A DNA stretch of 63,527 nt, filler included, from 6 parts of 6 records of this genome joined end to end with filler, not necessarily neighbours in it, one strand, 5' to 3'. Counted from the first letter of the whole stretch, positions 44,065-54,335 are shown. Notes: generated by a model not told the origin, from the letters alone. Numbers and translations: made by a program.

Positions 44065-44478
44065 ATGTCAAACACTGTTGCGAAGAAACGTCCGGAATAC
44101 CGGAACATTCATGTCACACAAATTCTGAAATACAGGCTGCCATTGGCGGGCAAATTGTCAATTCTGCACCGCGTCAGTGGCGCTGTACTGTTTTTGGCCT
44201 TGCCAGTCATATTGTTGCCGCTTTTCGACAAAAGCATTACCTCTGAACTTACTTTCCTTGAAATGCAATCGATGGTCAGCAGTCCGCTGGTCAAAATTGT
44301 GTTGCTGGGCTTGATCTGGTCCTATTTGCATCACTTTGCAGCTGGTATCCGCTACCTGGCGCTCGACATGCACATGGGCACTGAAAAATACGCAGCCAGC
44401 AAAAGCGCCGGTATCGTGTTTGCAGTCAGCTTGAGTTTGACCGCCCTGTTTGGCCTGAAACTGTTCGGAGTGTTTTAA
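44065..44478 (+). CDS. sdhC: Succinate dehydrogenase cytochrome b556 subunit
   Basis: YRLP...SILHRVSG, HHFAAGIR. Confidence 0.95.
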   Translation: MSNTVAKKRPEYRNIHVTQILKYRLPLAGKLSILHRVSGAVLFLALPVILLPLFDKSITSELTFLEMQSMVSSPLVKIVLLGLIWSYLHHFAAGIRYLALDMHMGTEKYAASKSAGIVFAVSLSLTALFGLKLFGVF

Positions 44479-44480
44479 TC

Positions 44481-44858
44481 ATGGGTAACAATATTGGTTC
44501 AAAGCGCCTGGTGGTTGGCGCGCACTACGGTTTGAAAGAATGGGTGGCCCAGCGAATTACCGCGGTCATCATGTCTTTCTACACCATCGGCCTGTTTCTG
44601 GCTGTGCTGTTCACGCCTGATATCGATTATGTCAAGTGGGTTGGGTTCTTCAACTTCACCGTGTTTTCGTTCCCCTTGGGGAAAATGCTGGCTTTGCTGG
44701 CCATTTTGTCCCTGTGCTATCACGCCTACATTGGTATTCGCGACATCTGGATGGACTACGTCAAGCCCACCGGCATTCGCCTCACGTTGCAAGTATTTAC
44801 AGCCTTGTGGTTGCTCGGCGCTGCCGGCTACGCGGCTGACATTCTCTGGAGGGTCTAA
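44481..44858 (+). CDS. sdhD: Succinate dehydrogenase membrane anchor
   Basis: [22 protein letters not shown]. Confidence 0.95.
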   Translation: MGNNIGSKRLVVGAHYGLKEWVAQRITAVIMSFYTIGLFLAVLFTPDIDYVKWVGFFNFTVFSFPLGKMLALLAILSLCYHAYIGIRDIWMDYVKPTGIRLTLQVFTALWLLGAAGYAADILWRV

Positions 44859-44860
44859 AA

Positions 44861-46642
44861 GTGACTGCAGTTAAAACTTCCCTTCCACGTCGCAAATTCG
44901 ACGCGGTGATCGTCGGTGCGGGTGGCGCAGGTATGCGCTGTTCGCTCCAGTTGGCAGAGGCTGGTCTGAATGTAGCCGTGCTGTCCAAGGTATTCCCCAC
45001 ACGCTCACACACAGTGGCTGCGCAGGGCGGTATTGGCGCATCGTTGGGCAATATGTCCGATGACAGCTGGTACTGGCACATGTTCGACACAGTGAAAGGC
45101 TCCGATTACCTGGGCGACCAGGACGCCATTGAATTCATGTGTCGTGAAGCCCCCAAGGTGGTCTACGAACTTGAACACTTCGGCATGCCTTTTGACCGCA
45201 ACCCCGACGGCACAATCTACCAGCGCCCGTTTGGTGGCCACACAGCCAACTTTGGTGAAAAGCCCGTACAGCGTGCCTGTGCAGCGGCTGACCGCACAGG
45301 CCACGCCCTGTTGCACACCCTGTACCAGCGCAACGTTCGCGCCCGCACCCAGTTTTTCGTGGAATGGATGGCACTTGACATCATTCGCGACGCCGACGGC
45401 GACGTGGTGGGTGTAACCGCCCTGGAAATGGAAACAGGCGAAATGATGATTCTGGAAGCCAAAACCACGGTGTTCGCCACCGGCGGTGCAGGCCGTATCT
45501 GGGACGCATCCACCAACGCCTTTATCAATACAGGCGACGGCATGGGCATGGCAGCACGCGCTGGCATCCCGCTGGAAGACATGGAATTCTGGCAGTTCCA
45601 CCCCACTGGCGTTGCCGGTGCCGGTGTTCTGGTCACAGAAGGTGTTCGCGGCGAAGGCGGTATTTTGCTGAACAGCGAAGGCGAGCGCTTCATGGAACGT
45701 TACGCACCCACCCTGAAAGACCTGGCCCCACGCGACTTCGTGTCCCGTTCAATGGACCAGGAAATCAAGGAAGGCCGTGGTTGTGGTCCCAACAAAGACC
45801 ACGTGCTGCTGAAGCTCGACCACTTGGGCGCCGACACCATCATGAAACGTCTGCCATCCATTCGCGAAATTGCGATCAAGTTTGCCAACGTCGATCCAAT
45901 CAAAGAACCCATTCCCGTGGTTCCAACCATTCACTACCAGATGGGCGGTATTCCAACCAATGTGTATGGTCAGGTAGTTGCACCCAAAGTACCGGGCGGC
46001 GCCAGTGAAATTGTCAATGGCATGTACGCCATCGGCGAATGTGCCTGTGTGTCCGTACATGGTGCGAACCGTTTGGGAACAAACTCCCTGCTCGATCTGA
46101 TTGTGTTTGGTCGCGCAGCGGGCAACCACATCGTGAACAGCAACCTGAAAGCGCGCACCCACAAAGAACTGCCAGCTGATGGCACAGATTTGACCCTGGC
46201 CCGCGTGGACAAGTTGATGAGCTCGACCAGCGGTGAAAACGTGCGTGTGGTGGCCGATGCGATTCGCAAAGGCATGCAATACCACTGCGGCGTGTTCCGT
46301 ACTACCCAGTTGATGAACGAAGGCGTGGCAAAAATTGTTGATCTGGCCGCACAAGCGGATCACATTCACCTGAAAGACAAATCCAAAGTGTTCAACACCG
46401 CATTGGTTGAAGCGCTGGAACTGGCCAACCTGCAGGAAACCGCAAAGGCCACCATGGTTTCAGCGGCAGCCCGTGAAGAAAGCCGTGGTGCACATGCCCA
46501 CAGCGATTTCCCCGAGCGCGATGATGACAAGTGGATGCGTCACAGCTTGTGGTACTCCGAAGGCAACCGCCTGGACTACAAGCCAGTGAACCTGAAGCCA
46601 CTGACAGTTGAAACCTTCCAGCCCAAAAAGCGGACGTTCTAA
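44861..46642 (+). CDS. sdhA: Succinate dehydrogenase flavoprotein
   Basis: [33 protein letters not shown]. Confidence 0.98.
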   Translation: MTAVKTSLPRRKFDAVIVGAGGAGMRCSLQLAEAGLNVAVLSKVFPTRSHTVAAQGGIGASLGNMSDDSWYWHMFDTVKGSDYLGDQDAIEFMCREAPKVVYELEHFGMPFDRNPDGTIYQRPFGGHTANFGEKPVQRACAAADRTGHALLHTLYQRNVRARTQFFVEWMALDIIRDADGDVVGVTALEMETGEMMILEAKTTVFATGGAGRIWDASTNAFINTGDGMGMAARAGIPLEDMEFWQFHPTGVAGAGVLVTEGVRGEGGILLNSEGERFMERYAPTLKDLAPRDFVSRSMDQEIKEGRGCGPNKDHVLLKLDHLGADTIMKRLPSIREIAIKFANVDPIKEPIPVVPTIHYQMGGIPTNVYGQVVAPKVPGGASEIVNGMYAIGECACVSVHGANRLGTNSLLDLIVFGRAAGNHIVNSNLKARTHKELPADGTDLTLARVDKLMSSTSGENVRVVADAIRKGMQYHCGVFRTTQLMNEGVAKIVDLAAQADHIHLKDKSKVFNTALVEALELANLQETAKATMVSAAAREESRGAHAHSDFPERDDDKWMRHSLWYSEGNRLDYKPVNLKPLTVETFQPKKRTF

Positions 46643-46664
46643 TCAAGGTTACGAGGTACAAAAA

Positions 46665-47381
46665 ATGAGCGAAAAGAGAATCGTACGTTTTGAAATTTAT
46701 CGCTACGACCCCGACACGGGCGAAGCGCCAAAAATGCAAAAGCTGGAAGTGGAGCTTGAGCCCACCGACAAAATGTTGCTCGATGCACTGATGCGCATCA
46801 AGAGCGATGTGGATGAATCCATTGCCTACCGCCGTTCATGCCGTGAAGGCGTGTGCGGAAGCGATGCCATGAACATCAATGGCAAGAACGGTTTGGCTTG
46901 TATCACGAACCTGCGCGACCTGAAGCAGCCCATCGTGTTGAAGCCGCTGCCTGGTCTTCCTGTTGTGCGCGATTTGATCGTGGACATGACCCAGTTCTTC
47001 AAGCAATACCATTCCATCAAGCCTTACCTGGTGAATGAAACGCCTCCGCCTGACAAAGAGCGTTTGCAGTCTCCCGAAGAGCGCGAAGAGCTGGATGGTT
47101 TGTACGAATGTATTCTGTGTGCATGCTGTTCAACCAGCTGTCCATCATTCTGGTGGAACCCCGACAAGTTCGTGGGCCCAGCTGGTTTGCTGCAGGCTTA
47201 CCGCTTCATCGCAGACAGCCGCGACCAGTCTACCGGTGAGCGTTTGGATAATTTGGAAGACCCGTATCGTCTATTCCGTTGCCACACCATCATGAACTGT
47301 GTGGACGTGTGTCCAAAGGGCTTGAACCCCACAAAAGCAATTGGCAAGATCAAGGAATTGATGGTGCGTCGCGCCGTCTAG
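46665..47381 (+). CDS. sdhB: Succinate dehydrogenase iron-sulfur subunit
   Basis: [34 protein letters not shown]. Confidence 0.98.
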   Translation: MSEKRIVRFEIYRYDPDTGEAPKMQKLEVELEPTDKMLLDALMRIKSDVDESIAYRRSCREGVCGSDAMNINGKNGLACITNLRDLKQPIVLKPLPGLPVVRDLIVDMTQFFKQYHSIKPYLVNETPPPDKERLQSPEEREELDGLYECILCACCSTSCPSFWWNPDKFVGPAGLLQAYRFIADSRDQSTGERLDNLEDPYRLFRCHTIMNCVDVCPKGLNPTKAIGKIKELMVRRAV

Positions 47382-47410
47382 AACCCTTGTTCGGATTTTT
47401 TTATTCAAAT

Positions 47411-47443
47411 CGGGGTTGTGCACTGCAAAACCCCGTTTTTTTT
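47411..47443 (+). terminator. Terminator-like hairpin between sdhB and sdhE
   Basis: CGGGGTT...AACCCCG followed by T8. Confidence 0.65.
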
Positions 47444-47453
47444 GTTGTAGTTT

Positions 47454-47726
47454 ATGCCTAATCAGAGTCATCAGTCAGATCCAACCCAACGCGCCCGTTT
47501 GCGCTGGCGTGCAAGACGTGGTTTGTTGGAAAACGACTTGATTATTCAACGATTTTTCGACAAGCATGAAATGGAGTTGAGCGACGACGACGTGCACGCA
47601 CTGACCGTGCTGTTCGAGGAAATCGACAACCACCTGCTTGACCTGTTTCTCGGCCGCAAAGAGCCAGACGGGGATCTGGACACGCCCAGTGTGCGTCGGG
47701 TAATCCAGATGATGCGAGAACTTTAA
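47454..47726 (+). CDS. sdhE: FAD assembly factor SdhE
   Basis: [15 protein letters not shown]. Confidence 0.93.
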   Translation: MPNQSHQSDPTQRARLRWRARRGLLENDLIIQRFFDKHEMELSDDDVHALTVLFEEIDNHLLDLFLGRKEPDGDLDTPSVRRVIQMMREL

Positions 47727-47752
47727 TTTCAATCCCATTAGAAGGAAATCCG

Positions 47753-49060
47753 ATGAGCACAGAACACAAGGCCACGCTGTCGTTTACTGACGGCACCCCT
47801 TCGGTAGAATTTCCCATTCACAAAGGCACCATTGGTCCCGATGTGATCGACATCCGCAAGCTGTATGGTTCAACTGGCAAATTCACCTACGATCCAGGCT
47901 TCCTTTCAACCGCCTCTTGCAATTCATCCATTACTTACATTGATGGAGACAAGGGCGAGTTGTTGTACCGTGGCTATCCCATTGAGCAACTAGCTCAAAA
48001 CTGCGATTTCATGGACGTGTGCTACTTGCTGTTGAATGGCGAGTTGCCCAATGTGGCCGAAAAGCAGACATTTGACGACCTGGTGACCAAGCACACCATG
48101 GTGAACGATCAAATGAACTTCTTCTTGCGTGGTTTCCGCCGCGACGCACACCCCATGGCCGTCATGACCGGTTTGGTGGGTGGCATGTCCGCGTTTTACC
48201 CCGATTCAATGAACCTGCTGGACAAAAACCAGCGCGACATTTCTGCGATCCGCTTGATCGCCAAAATGCCTACTTTGGTGGCCATGGCCTACAAGTACGG
48301 TATTGGTGCACCGAATATTTACCCCAAGAATTCCCTGGGCTATACCGCCAACTTCATGCGCATGATGTTCGGCAACCCTTGTGAAGAGTATCAAGTCAAT
48401 GACGTGCTGGTGCGCGCCATGGACCGCATCTTCATTTTGCATGCAGACCACGAACAAAACGCATCCACTTCCACAGTTCGCCTTTGTGCTTCCTCCGGTA
48501 CCAACCCGTTTGCGGCCATTGCCGCAGGTGTTGCCTGCCTGTGGGGCCCATCACACGGTGGTGCCAACGAAGCATGCTTGAACATGTTGACCGAAATTCA
48601 GGCCAACGGTGGCGTAGAAAAAATTGGCGATTTCATCGCCAAGGTGAAAGACAAGGATTCAGGCGTGCGCCTGATGGGCTTTGGTCACCGCGTGTACAAA
48701 AACTACGACCCGCGCGCCAAGCTGATGCGTGAAACCTGTCACGAAGTGTTGAACGAATTGGGTCTGCACGACGACCCATTGTTCAAGATTGCCATGGCTT
48801 TGGAAAAAATTGCCCTGGAAGACGACTACTTCGTCAAGCGCAAGCTGTACCCGAACGTTGACTTCTATTCCGGCATTGTTCAAAAAGCGATCGGCATTCC
48901 TGTGCCATTGTTCACCGCCATTTTCGCGTTGGCCCGCACCGTGGGCTGGATCGCCCAGTTGAACGAAATGATTGCAGACCCCGAGTACAAAATCGGCCGT
49001 CCACGTCAGTTATTCAATGGTGCAGCGCACCGCAATGTGAAGCCAATCGATCAGCGTTAA
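47753..49060 (+). CDS. gltA: Citrate synthase (type II)
   Basis: [42 protein letters not shown]. Confidence 0.98.
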   Translation: MSTEHKATLSFTDGTPSVEFPIHKGTIGPDVIDIRKLYGSTGKFTYDPGFLSTASCNSSITYIDGDKGELLYRGYPIEQLAQNCDFMDVCYLLLNGELPNVAEKQTFDDLVTKHTMVNDQMNFFLRGFRRDAHPMAVMTGLVGGMSAFYPDSMNLLDKNQRDISAIRLIAKMPTLVAMAYKYGIGAPNIYPKNSLGYTANFMRMMFGNPCEEYQVNDVLVRAMDRIFILHADHEQNASTSTVRLCASSGTNPFAAIAAGVACLWGPSHGGANEACLNMLTEIQANGGVEKIGDFIAKVKDKDSGVRLMGFGHRVYKNYDPRAKLMRETCHEVLNELGLHDDPLFKIAMALEKIALEDDYFVKRKLYPNVDFYSGIVQKAIGIPVPLFTAIFALARTVGWIAQLNEMIADPEYKIGRPRQLFNGAAHRNVKPIDQR

Positions 49061-49061
49061 T

Positions 49062-51008
49062 TCAACGTCCGATTGCTTCAGGTGAAGGCCCCTTGTTCAC
49101 GCGAGGGGCTTTTTTTATACCTGTATCAAGCTGGCTCAACAAATGATCCGTGTTGAGCAACACCAGCAAATTGTCCGAGGTCTTGATCAGTCCTTGAACA
49201 ATTCCTCCCCGGTCGTGCAGGCTGTCTGATTCATGAATGGCAGACATCGGTAAGCTGGGTATTTCTCCCAGTTCGTCCACTGCCAGGGCAACCTTGGCCT
49301 TGTTTTCTCCAGTTTTAAGAAGAATCATTTGCTGGCGCTGTTCTGTGCCGGTTTCGCTGTTAGCACTGGACAAAAATTCAGACACGTCCACAATCGTAAT
49401 GGCCTGTTTGCGGTGCAAGGTACTGCCCAATATCCAGTCTGGCGAGTTTGGAATGCTGACAATCTGCTTGCAAAGAAACGCCTCCTCGGCGTTTTCACTG
49501 TCAATTCCATACCAGTGCTTACCCACACGGAAGGCTGCAATGTCGGCCATTTGCTCTTTCTGGCCTGCATGCCTGAATTCTTCAAAGCTGATTTCCTCAG
49601 CCTGTTTGTTGTCCTGTTTCAGCGCGCCGATTTCCAGGCCATACAGACAAATCAGATTGTTTTGGTAAGCGTCGGAATTACCTTTGTATTCTCGGTAAGA
49701 GCCCGAGTTGCAAAGCCCATAAGCGACAAGTTTTCCGGCGATGTTGAAATACCCAAGGCCTGTCGCCTGTTTGATAAATTTGCCGTTCTGTTTCAAAGGC
49801 AAAGTGACCTTTCCATGCGCAGTAAACTGGTCGGTGGTTGATGAAATGATCTGCAGATCTTCATCAACAATAAACGCAAATGCCTTGTGTTTACTTCCCC
49901 CCATGGATTCATTAAGAATGGCTTCAAACTGGGGTTCGCTGTCAAACACCAGTGCAATTGCCCCAATGGATTGGGATGGATTGTCGGGGTTCTCGAACAC
50001 AGCTGCGCAATAAATGTATGTGGGTCGACCTTGATAAAGATCGGACTTCTCAAATTTGGACACACAATACTGTGACTGGTTTTTTAGCTGCATCACGTTG
50101 TTGATCCAGCTTGCTTCGATACGTTTCCCGGGTTCTACCTCGGAAGCGCTGTCGCAGATTACGCAACCACTTCGGTCAAGCAGCAAAATGTTGGTGTACA
50201 CGGTGTAAAGGCTGTGAATGTGCTTCAGGCAATCGGCAGCGTTCAGTCTCGTTTCCTGGTTTCCCGTATTCAGGAGCGCTTCTTTTAACGTGGGGTTCAG
50301 TGCCCACCAGCGGCAGTCATTTGCACGTTCATACAGATTGCGATCCATCAGGTCCATGGCGAGCATGGCGTGAATTTGTTGCTCGTTCTGGTAACCATTG
50401 ATTTCAGTGTGGACAAGATTATTCAAGGAATCACTGAACAAGGTTTTTGTTCGTTCACCAGCGCGGCTGATTTCCCACAAAAGGGTTTTTCCGAACGAGT
50501 TTCCCAGTGCTGAATTTGAGTTTCGCTGGGCCATGTTGCCATTCCAGATGCTTCGATTCAGTTGTCTTTGTATTTGTGTGGCCTGGCTTTGAAAGTTCTC
50601 AATTCTGGGGTCAATCAAACCGGTATTCGGATCCAGTTCGGGCAGCTCGTCTGCTTCTTGTGAGTGTTGGCGGCCAAATGCGTGGCACAGTGGAACAAGG
50701 CAAAATCCTTTCCAGCCAGGCCCTGAATAGCCCTGATACCCGCGGGTGGGTCGTACGCAACAAAGGTAGGCCACCGGGCCGATTTGGGTAATGCCCCATT
50801 CAGCGCCCTTCGGGGGGATGATGAATTGGCCTTTCCCGACATACTGCGAATTACTGGAGATCAGCACTTTGCCTGTCGCATCGCTTACCCCGCACACACG
50901 CCACTCGGGTGGTGCATCGGGTGAACGTGGACCAATAACCTTCGAGAACAGTGCCTCGCTTTCCTCCTCAAGATTGAACACCAGCGCAATATAACCCTTG
51001 GTCTGGCC
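49062..51008 (-). CDS. Soluble Cache-like sensor with degenerate MCP-like hairpin and C-terminal CheW domain (5' truncated)
   Basis: C-terminal CheW pattern (AAFRVGKHWYGI...LGST..R...IVDV...VALAVDELGEI); DRNLYERANDCRWWAL helix; two PDC-like ALVF[D/N] strands. Confidence 0.7.
   Translation of the reverse strand, partial: GQTKGYIALVFNLEEESEALFSKVIGPRSPDAPPEWRVCGVSDATGKVLISSNSQYVGKGQFIIPPKGAEWGITQIGPVAYLCCVRPTRGYQGYSGPGWKGFCLVPLCHAFGRQHSQEADELPELDPNTGLIDPRIENFQSQATQIQRQLNRSIWNGNMAQRNSNSALGNSFGKTLLWEISRAGERTKTLFSDSLNNLVHTEINGYQNEQQIHAMLAMDLMDRNLYERANDCRWWALNPTLKEALLNTGNQETRLNAADCLKHIHSLYTVYTNILLLDRSGCVICDSASEVEPGKRIEASWINNVMQLKNQSQYCVSKFEKSDLYQGRPTYIYCAAVFENPDNPSQSIGAIALVFDSEPQFEAILNESMGGSKHKAFAFIVDEDLQIISSTTDQFTAHGKVTLPLKQNGKFIKQATGLGYFNIAGKLVAYGLCNSGSYREYKGNSDAYQNNLICLYGLEIGALKQDNKQAEEISFEEFRHAGQKEQMADIAAFRVGKHWYGIDSENAEEAFLCKQIVSIPNSPDWILGSTLHRKQAITIVDVSEFLSSANSETGTEQRQQMILLKTGENKAKVALAVDELGEIPSLPMSAIHESDSLHDRGGIVQGLIKTSDNLLVLLNTDHLLSQLDTGIKKAPRVNKGPSPEAIGR
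49087..49116 (+). terminator. gltA terminator, overlapping the 3' end of the convergent gene
   Basis: GGCCCCTT...GAGGGGCT followed by a T run. Confidence 0.75.
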
Positions 51009-51108
51009 NNNNNNNNNNNNNNNNNNNNNNNNNNNNNNNNNNNNNNNNNNNNTTAATTAATTAANNNNNNNNNNNNNNNNNNNNNNNNNNNNNNNNNNNN
51101 NNNNNNNN
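51009..51108. other. Artificial contig linker
   Basis: N44-TTAATTAATTAA-N44. Confidence 0.99.
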
Positions 51109-51133
51109 GGTCAAAATGACGCCCGTCCAGGCA

Positions 51134-51161
51134 TTGACTACGAGGGCAAGCGTCGTACGCT
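51134..51161 (+). promoter_or_regulatory. Putative sigma70 promoter of the S10 operon
   Basis: TTGACT-N16-TACGCT about 207 nt upstream of rpsJ. Confidence 0.55.
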
Positions 51162-51368
51162 TACGGGCTCGACCCCGATCGGTGTCGGGCAAACACGGGC
51201 GTGCCCGTGTCGGTGGGTTTTTCGGTGCCACAACCGGTGCCAAGCAGGTAGAGGGTTCGGCCGCGTGGCCGGGCACACGCAGAACGGCACGCAGGGCGCG
51301 TGTCGGCGGGTTCTTTACCCGCGACAGATCACGCAGGCAGAACACGAAGCACGCGAACGAGGTGACGG

Positions 51369-51677
51369 ATGACAGGCGGTCGGATCAGAATCAGGATGGA
51401 GGCGTACGACCACCTCGCGCTCGATTCGTCGGCGAGAGAGATCGTCGACCATGCGAAGCGCACGAACGCCCGTGTCCGCGGCCCCGTGCCGTTGCCGACA
51501 CGCATCGAGCGGTACACGGTTCTCCGTGGCCCGTTCGTGGACAAGAAGAGCCGCGAGCAGTTCGAGATCCGGACGCACAAGCGGATTATCGACATCGTCG
51601 AGCCGAACGCCCGCACCGTCGAGGCCCTCAATCGACTTGTGGTCCCCGCCGGTGTGTTCGTGAGGATCAAGGCCTGA
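51369..51677 (+). CDS. rpsJ: 30S ribosomal protein S10
   Basis: [33 protein letters not shown]. Confidence 0.98.
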   Translation: MTGGRIRIRMEAYDHLALDSSAREIVDHAKRTNARVRGPVPLPTRIERYTVLRGPFVDKKSREQFEIRTHKRIIDIVEPNARTVEALNRLVVPAGVFVRIKA

Positions 51678-51685
51678 GAATGTTT

Positions 51686-51722
51686 CGAGCCGTTCGCTGA
51701 CCGCGGGCGGCTCGTTTGGTTT
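51686..51722 (+). terminator. Terminator/attenuator-like hairpin between rpsJ and rplC
   Basis: CGAGCCGTTCGC-TGACC-GCGGGCGGCTCG then TTTGGTTT. Confidence 0.45.
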
Positions 51723-51804
51723 GTAGAGACAGGGCCGCGACGGCCGAGCGAAACTGACAAGACTTCCTCTGCCGACGACAGGCACGAAGCAAGGTACGTA
51801 ACCG

Positions 51805-52488
51805 ATGGCACTCACGCTGGTAGGCAAAAAAATCGGCATGACGAGCGTCTTCAGCGAGGACGGGAAGCAGAGCATTCCCGTGACCGTGCTGGATATGACG
51901 CCGTCGATCGTGACGCAGATCCGCACGGTGGAGACCGACGGGTACTCCGGGGTGCAGCTTGGTTGGGGCGAGGTCAAGGCCCGCAACTCGACGATGCCGC
52001 AGATCGGGCACGACGCCAAGGCCGGCACCACGCCGAAGCGCACCCACGTCGAGAGCCGTGTGACCGAGGACGAGGCCGGCGGGTTCGAGCTGGGCCAGGC
52101 GGTCGGGCTTGAGTCGCTGGACGGCGTCACCTTCGTCGATGTCATCGGGACGAGCAAGGGCAAGGGCTTCCAGGGCGGCATGAAGCGTCACGGCTTTAAG
52201 GGCCAGATTGCGACCCACGGCGTCGAGCGGAAGCACCGTTCGCCCGGTTCGATCGGCGGCCACGGCAACAACGCCGGTAAGGCCGGTCGGATCAAGAAGG
52301 GCAAGAAGATGTCCGGCCAGATGGGCAACGAGCGGGTGACCGCGCGGAGCCTGGATGTGATCCGGATCGACAGCGAGCGGAACCTGCTGCTGGTCAAGGG
52401 GCCTGTCCCCGGGGCCAACGGCGGCACCGTCATGGTGAGGCCGGCGGTCCGGCTGAACCGGAGCAAGGCCAAGGCGATCTCCTCGTAG
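51805..52488 (+). CDS. rplC: 50S ribosomal protein L3
   Basis: GKKIGMT, DGYSGVQLG, SKGKGFQG.MKRHGF, LLLVKGPVPG. Confidence 0.98.
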   Translation: MALTLVGKKIGMTSVFSEDGKQSIPVTVLDMTPSIVTQIRTVETDGYSGVQLGWGEVKARNSTMPQIGHDAKAGTTPKRTHVESRVTEDEAGGFELGQAVGLESLDGVTFVDVIGTSKGKGFQGGMKRHGFKGQIATHGVERKHRSPGSIGGHGNNAGKAGRIKKGKKMSGQMGNERVTARSLDVIRIDSERNLLLVKGPVPGANGGTVMVRPAVRLNRSKAKAISS

Positions 52489-52499
52489 GAGTGATTGCA

Positions 52500-52775
52500 C
52501 CGTCAGTAACCTTCGGTTGGGAGCATCCCGGCCGCGGGGTCCGAGAGGTCGAACGGGCAGGCGACTGCCCCGACGAAACCGTCGGACGACAACAGAACTG
52601 AAACCGCTCCCGGCACGGTGTCGGGAGACGGAACTACACCAGCCGAGTCGACTCTGCTCGACCCCACGCCTTCCGAGGCGTGCCCCGACCAAGGGCAACA
52701 GGGAATCGGGCAGATAGGCGAAGCAAGCCGAGCGGGTGCCCCGGAGACCCAATCAGGCTTTGAACAAGGCGAAAG
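52500..52775 (+). ncRNA. Candidate structured RNA in the rplC-rplD spacer (family unknown)
   Basis: Dense hairpins with GCGA and UCCG tetraloops in a 301-nt spacer lacking a credible ORF. Confidence 0.3.
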
Positions 52776-52789
52776 ACGGAGTACGACAA

Positions 52790-53491
52790 ATGGATGTCCC
52801 CGTCTACAACATCAAGGGCGACGAGGTTTCGACCTTCAGCATCGATGAATCCTCCCTCGGAGGAGTCGTTAACGCTGACCTGATCAAACAGGCGTACGTG
52901 ATGTATCACGCGAACCTTCGTCAGGGCTCTGCCCGCACGAAGACCCGCTCCGAAGTGCGAGCTTCGACCCGCAAGATCTACCGCCAGAAGGGCACGGGCA
53001 ACGCCCGGCACGGTGCGAAGACACCGCCGCACTTCAAGGGCGGTGGCCACTCGTTCGCCAAGAAGCGGCACCGTGAGGACTACCACGTCACGATGCCCAA
53101 GAAGATGCGTCGCAAGGCGAACCGCAACGCGCTTCTGGCGAAGCTGGTCGATGGCGAGGTCAAGATCATCGACGATCTGAAGTTCGACACGCCCAAGACC
53201 AGGCCGTTCGCGGACTTCCTGAAGGCGATCGGGATCGACCACCGTGTGCTTCTGGCGCTCCCCAAGGAGCGTGCTGAGAGCCGCAACGCGTGGTTGAGCG
53301 CCCGCAACATCGACGACGTCGATGTCTGCTGTGCCGATCAGCTCACGACTTTCGAGATGCTCAACCACCGGTACCTGGTGATCGGCAAGGGCGAGCTCGA
53401 GGCGTGGCTGAACGGGCCGAGTTCGCAGACCGACAAGTCCGCGAAGGTTTCGCCGATGGGCCGCGTCGCCAAAGCCGAGGAGGTGGCCTGA
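52790..53491 (+). CDS. rplD: 50S ribosomal protein L4
   Basis: RQGSARTKTRSEV, RQKGTGNARHG, MPKKMRR, LSARNI. Confidence 0.97.
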   Translation: MDVPVYNIKGDEVSTFSIDESSLGGVVNADLIKQAYVMYHANLRQGSARTKTRSEVRASTRKIYRQKGTGNARHGAKTPPHFKGGGHSFAKKRHREDYHVTMPKKMRRKANRNALLAKLVDGEVKIIDDLKFDTPKTRPFADFLKAIGIDHRVLLALPKERAESRNAWLSARNIDDVDVCCADQLTTFEMLNHRYLVIGKGELEAWLNGPSSQTDKSAKVSPMGRVAKAEEVA

Positions 53492-53769
53492 TGGATTCGA
53501 CCTACATCATCAAGAAGCCCATTCTCACCGAGAAGTCAACGGCCGCGATGAACGAGGAAGCTCGGTACACCTTCGAGGTGGACCGTCGCGCGACCAAGAC
53601 CGAGGTGAAGCGTGCCGTGGAGCAGCTCTACGGCGTCAAGGTTGAGGGAGTGGCCACTCAGGTCCGCAAGGGCGGCGAGCGTCGTCTGAAGTACGGCTGG
53701 GTGACCGAGAAGAAGACCAAGAAAGCAACAGTTCGGCTCGCCAAGGGCCAGGTTATCGAGCTGTTCTGA
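53491..53769 (+). CDS. rplW: 50S ribosomal protein L23
   Basis: IIKKPILTEKS, YTFEV...ATKTEVKRAVE, KKATVRL. Confidence 0.97.
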   Translation: MDSTYIIKKPILTEKSTAAMNEEARYTFEVDRRATKTEVKRAVEQLYGVKVEGVATQVRKGGERRLKYGWVTEKKTKKATVRLAKGQVIELF

Positions 53770-53790
53770 GCCGAGTGAGAGGACCGATCC

Positions 53791-54235
53791 ATGCCTATTC
53801 GGGTATATAAACCAACCAGCGCAGGACGGCGGAACGCCTCGGTCAACCTCCACGTTGAGGTCACCAAGACACGTCCCGAGAAGTCGCTGACGCGCACCCT
53901 GAACAAGAAGGGTGGCCGAAACCATCACGGCAAGATCACGGTTCGCGGCCGCGGCGGCGGCGCGAAGCGCCTGTACCGCGCCATCGACTTCAGCCGCAAG
54001 GACCGCGACGGCATCAAGGGCGAGGTTTCGGCGATCGAATACGATCCCAACCGCAGCTGCCACATCGCGCTCATCGAGTACGCCGACGGCGTGAAGCGGT
54101 ACATCCCCGCACCGAACGGCCTCAAGGTCGGCACGTCGATCGAGTGCTCGCGTGACGTCGCGGTCGAGCCCGAGGTCGGCAACATGATGCCGATCCGGTT
54201 CATCCCCGCGGGCATGGCGCTGCACTGCATCGAGC
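53791..54235 (+). CDS. rplB: 50S ribosomal protein L2, N-terminal part
   Basis: YKPTSAGRR, GGRNHHGKITVR, IEYDPNRS. Confidence 0.97.
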
Positions 54236-54335
54236 NNNNNNNNNNNNNNNNNNNNNNNNNNNNNNNNNNNNNNNNNNNNTTAATTAATTAANNNNNNNNN
54301 NNNNNNNNNNNNNNNNNNNNNNNNNNNNNNNNNNN
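54236..54335. other. Artificial contig linker
   Basis: N44-TTAATTAATTAA-N44. Confidence 0.99.

Noticed and set aside
52514..52547. Resemblance to part of E. coli 6S RNA (CGGTTGG.GAGCAT...GTCCGAGA)
   Set aside because: Short match to a region not conserved across phyla, and no convincing full 6S rod; only cmscan could revive it
52539..52587. Hammerhead ribozyme-like arrangement (CCGAGAG...stem...CGAAAC)
   Set aside because: The core does not match CUGANGA, and the flanks pair as a simple stem with no stem III cleavage site
51180..52625. Shared 10-mer CGGTGTCGGG in the rpsJ leader and the rplC-rplD spacer
   Set aside because: Plausible by chance in GC-rich sequence
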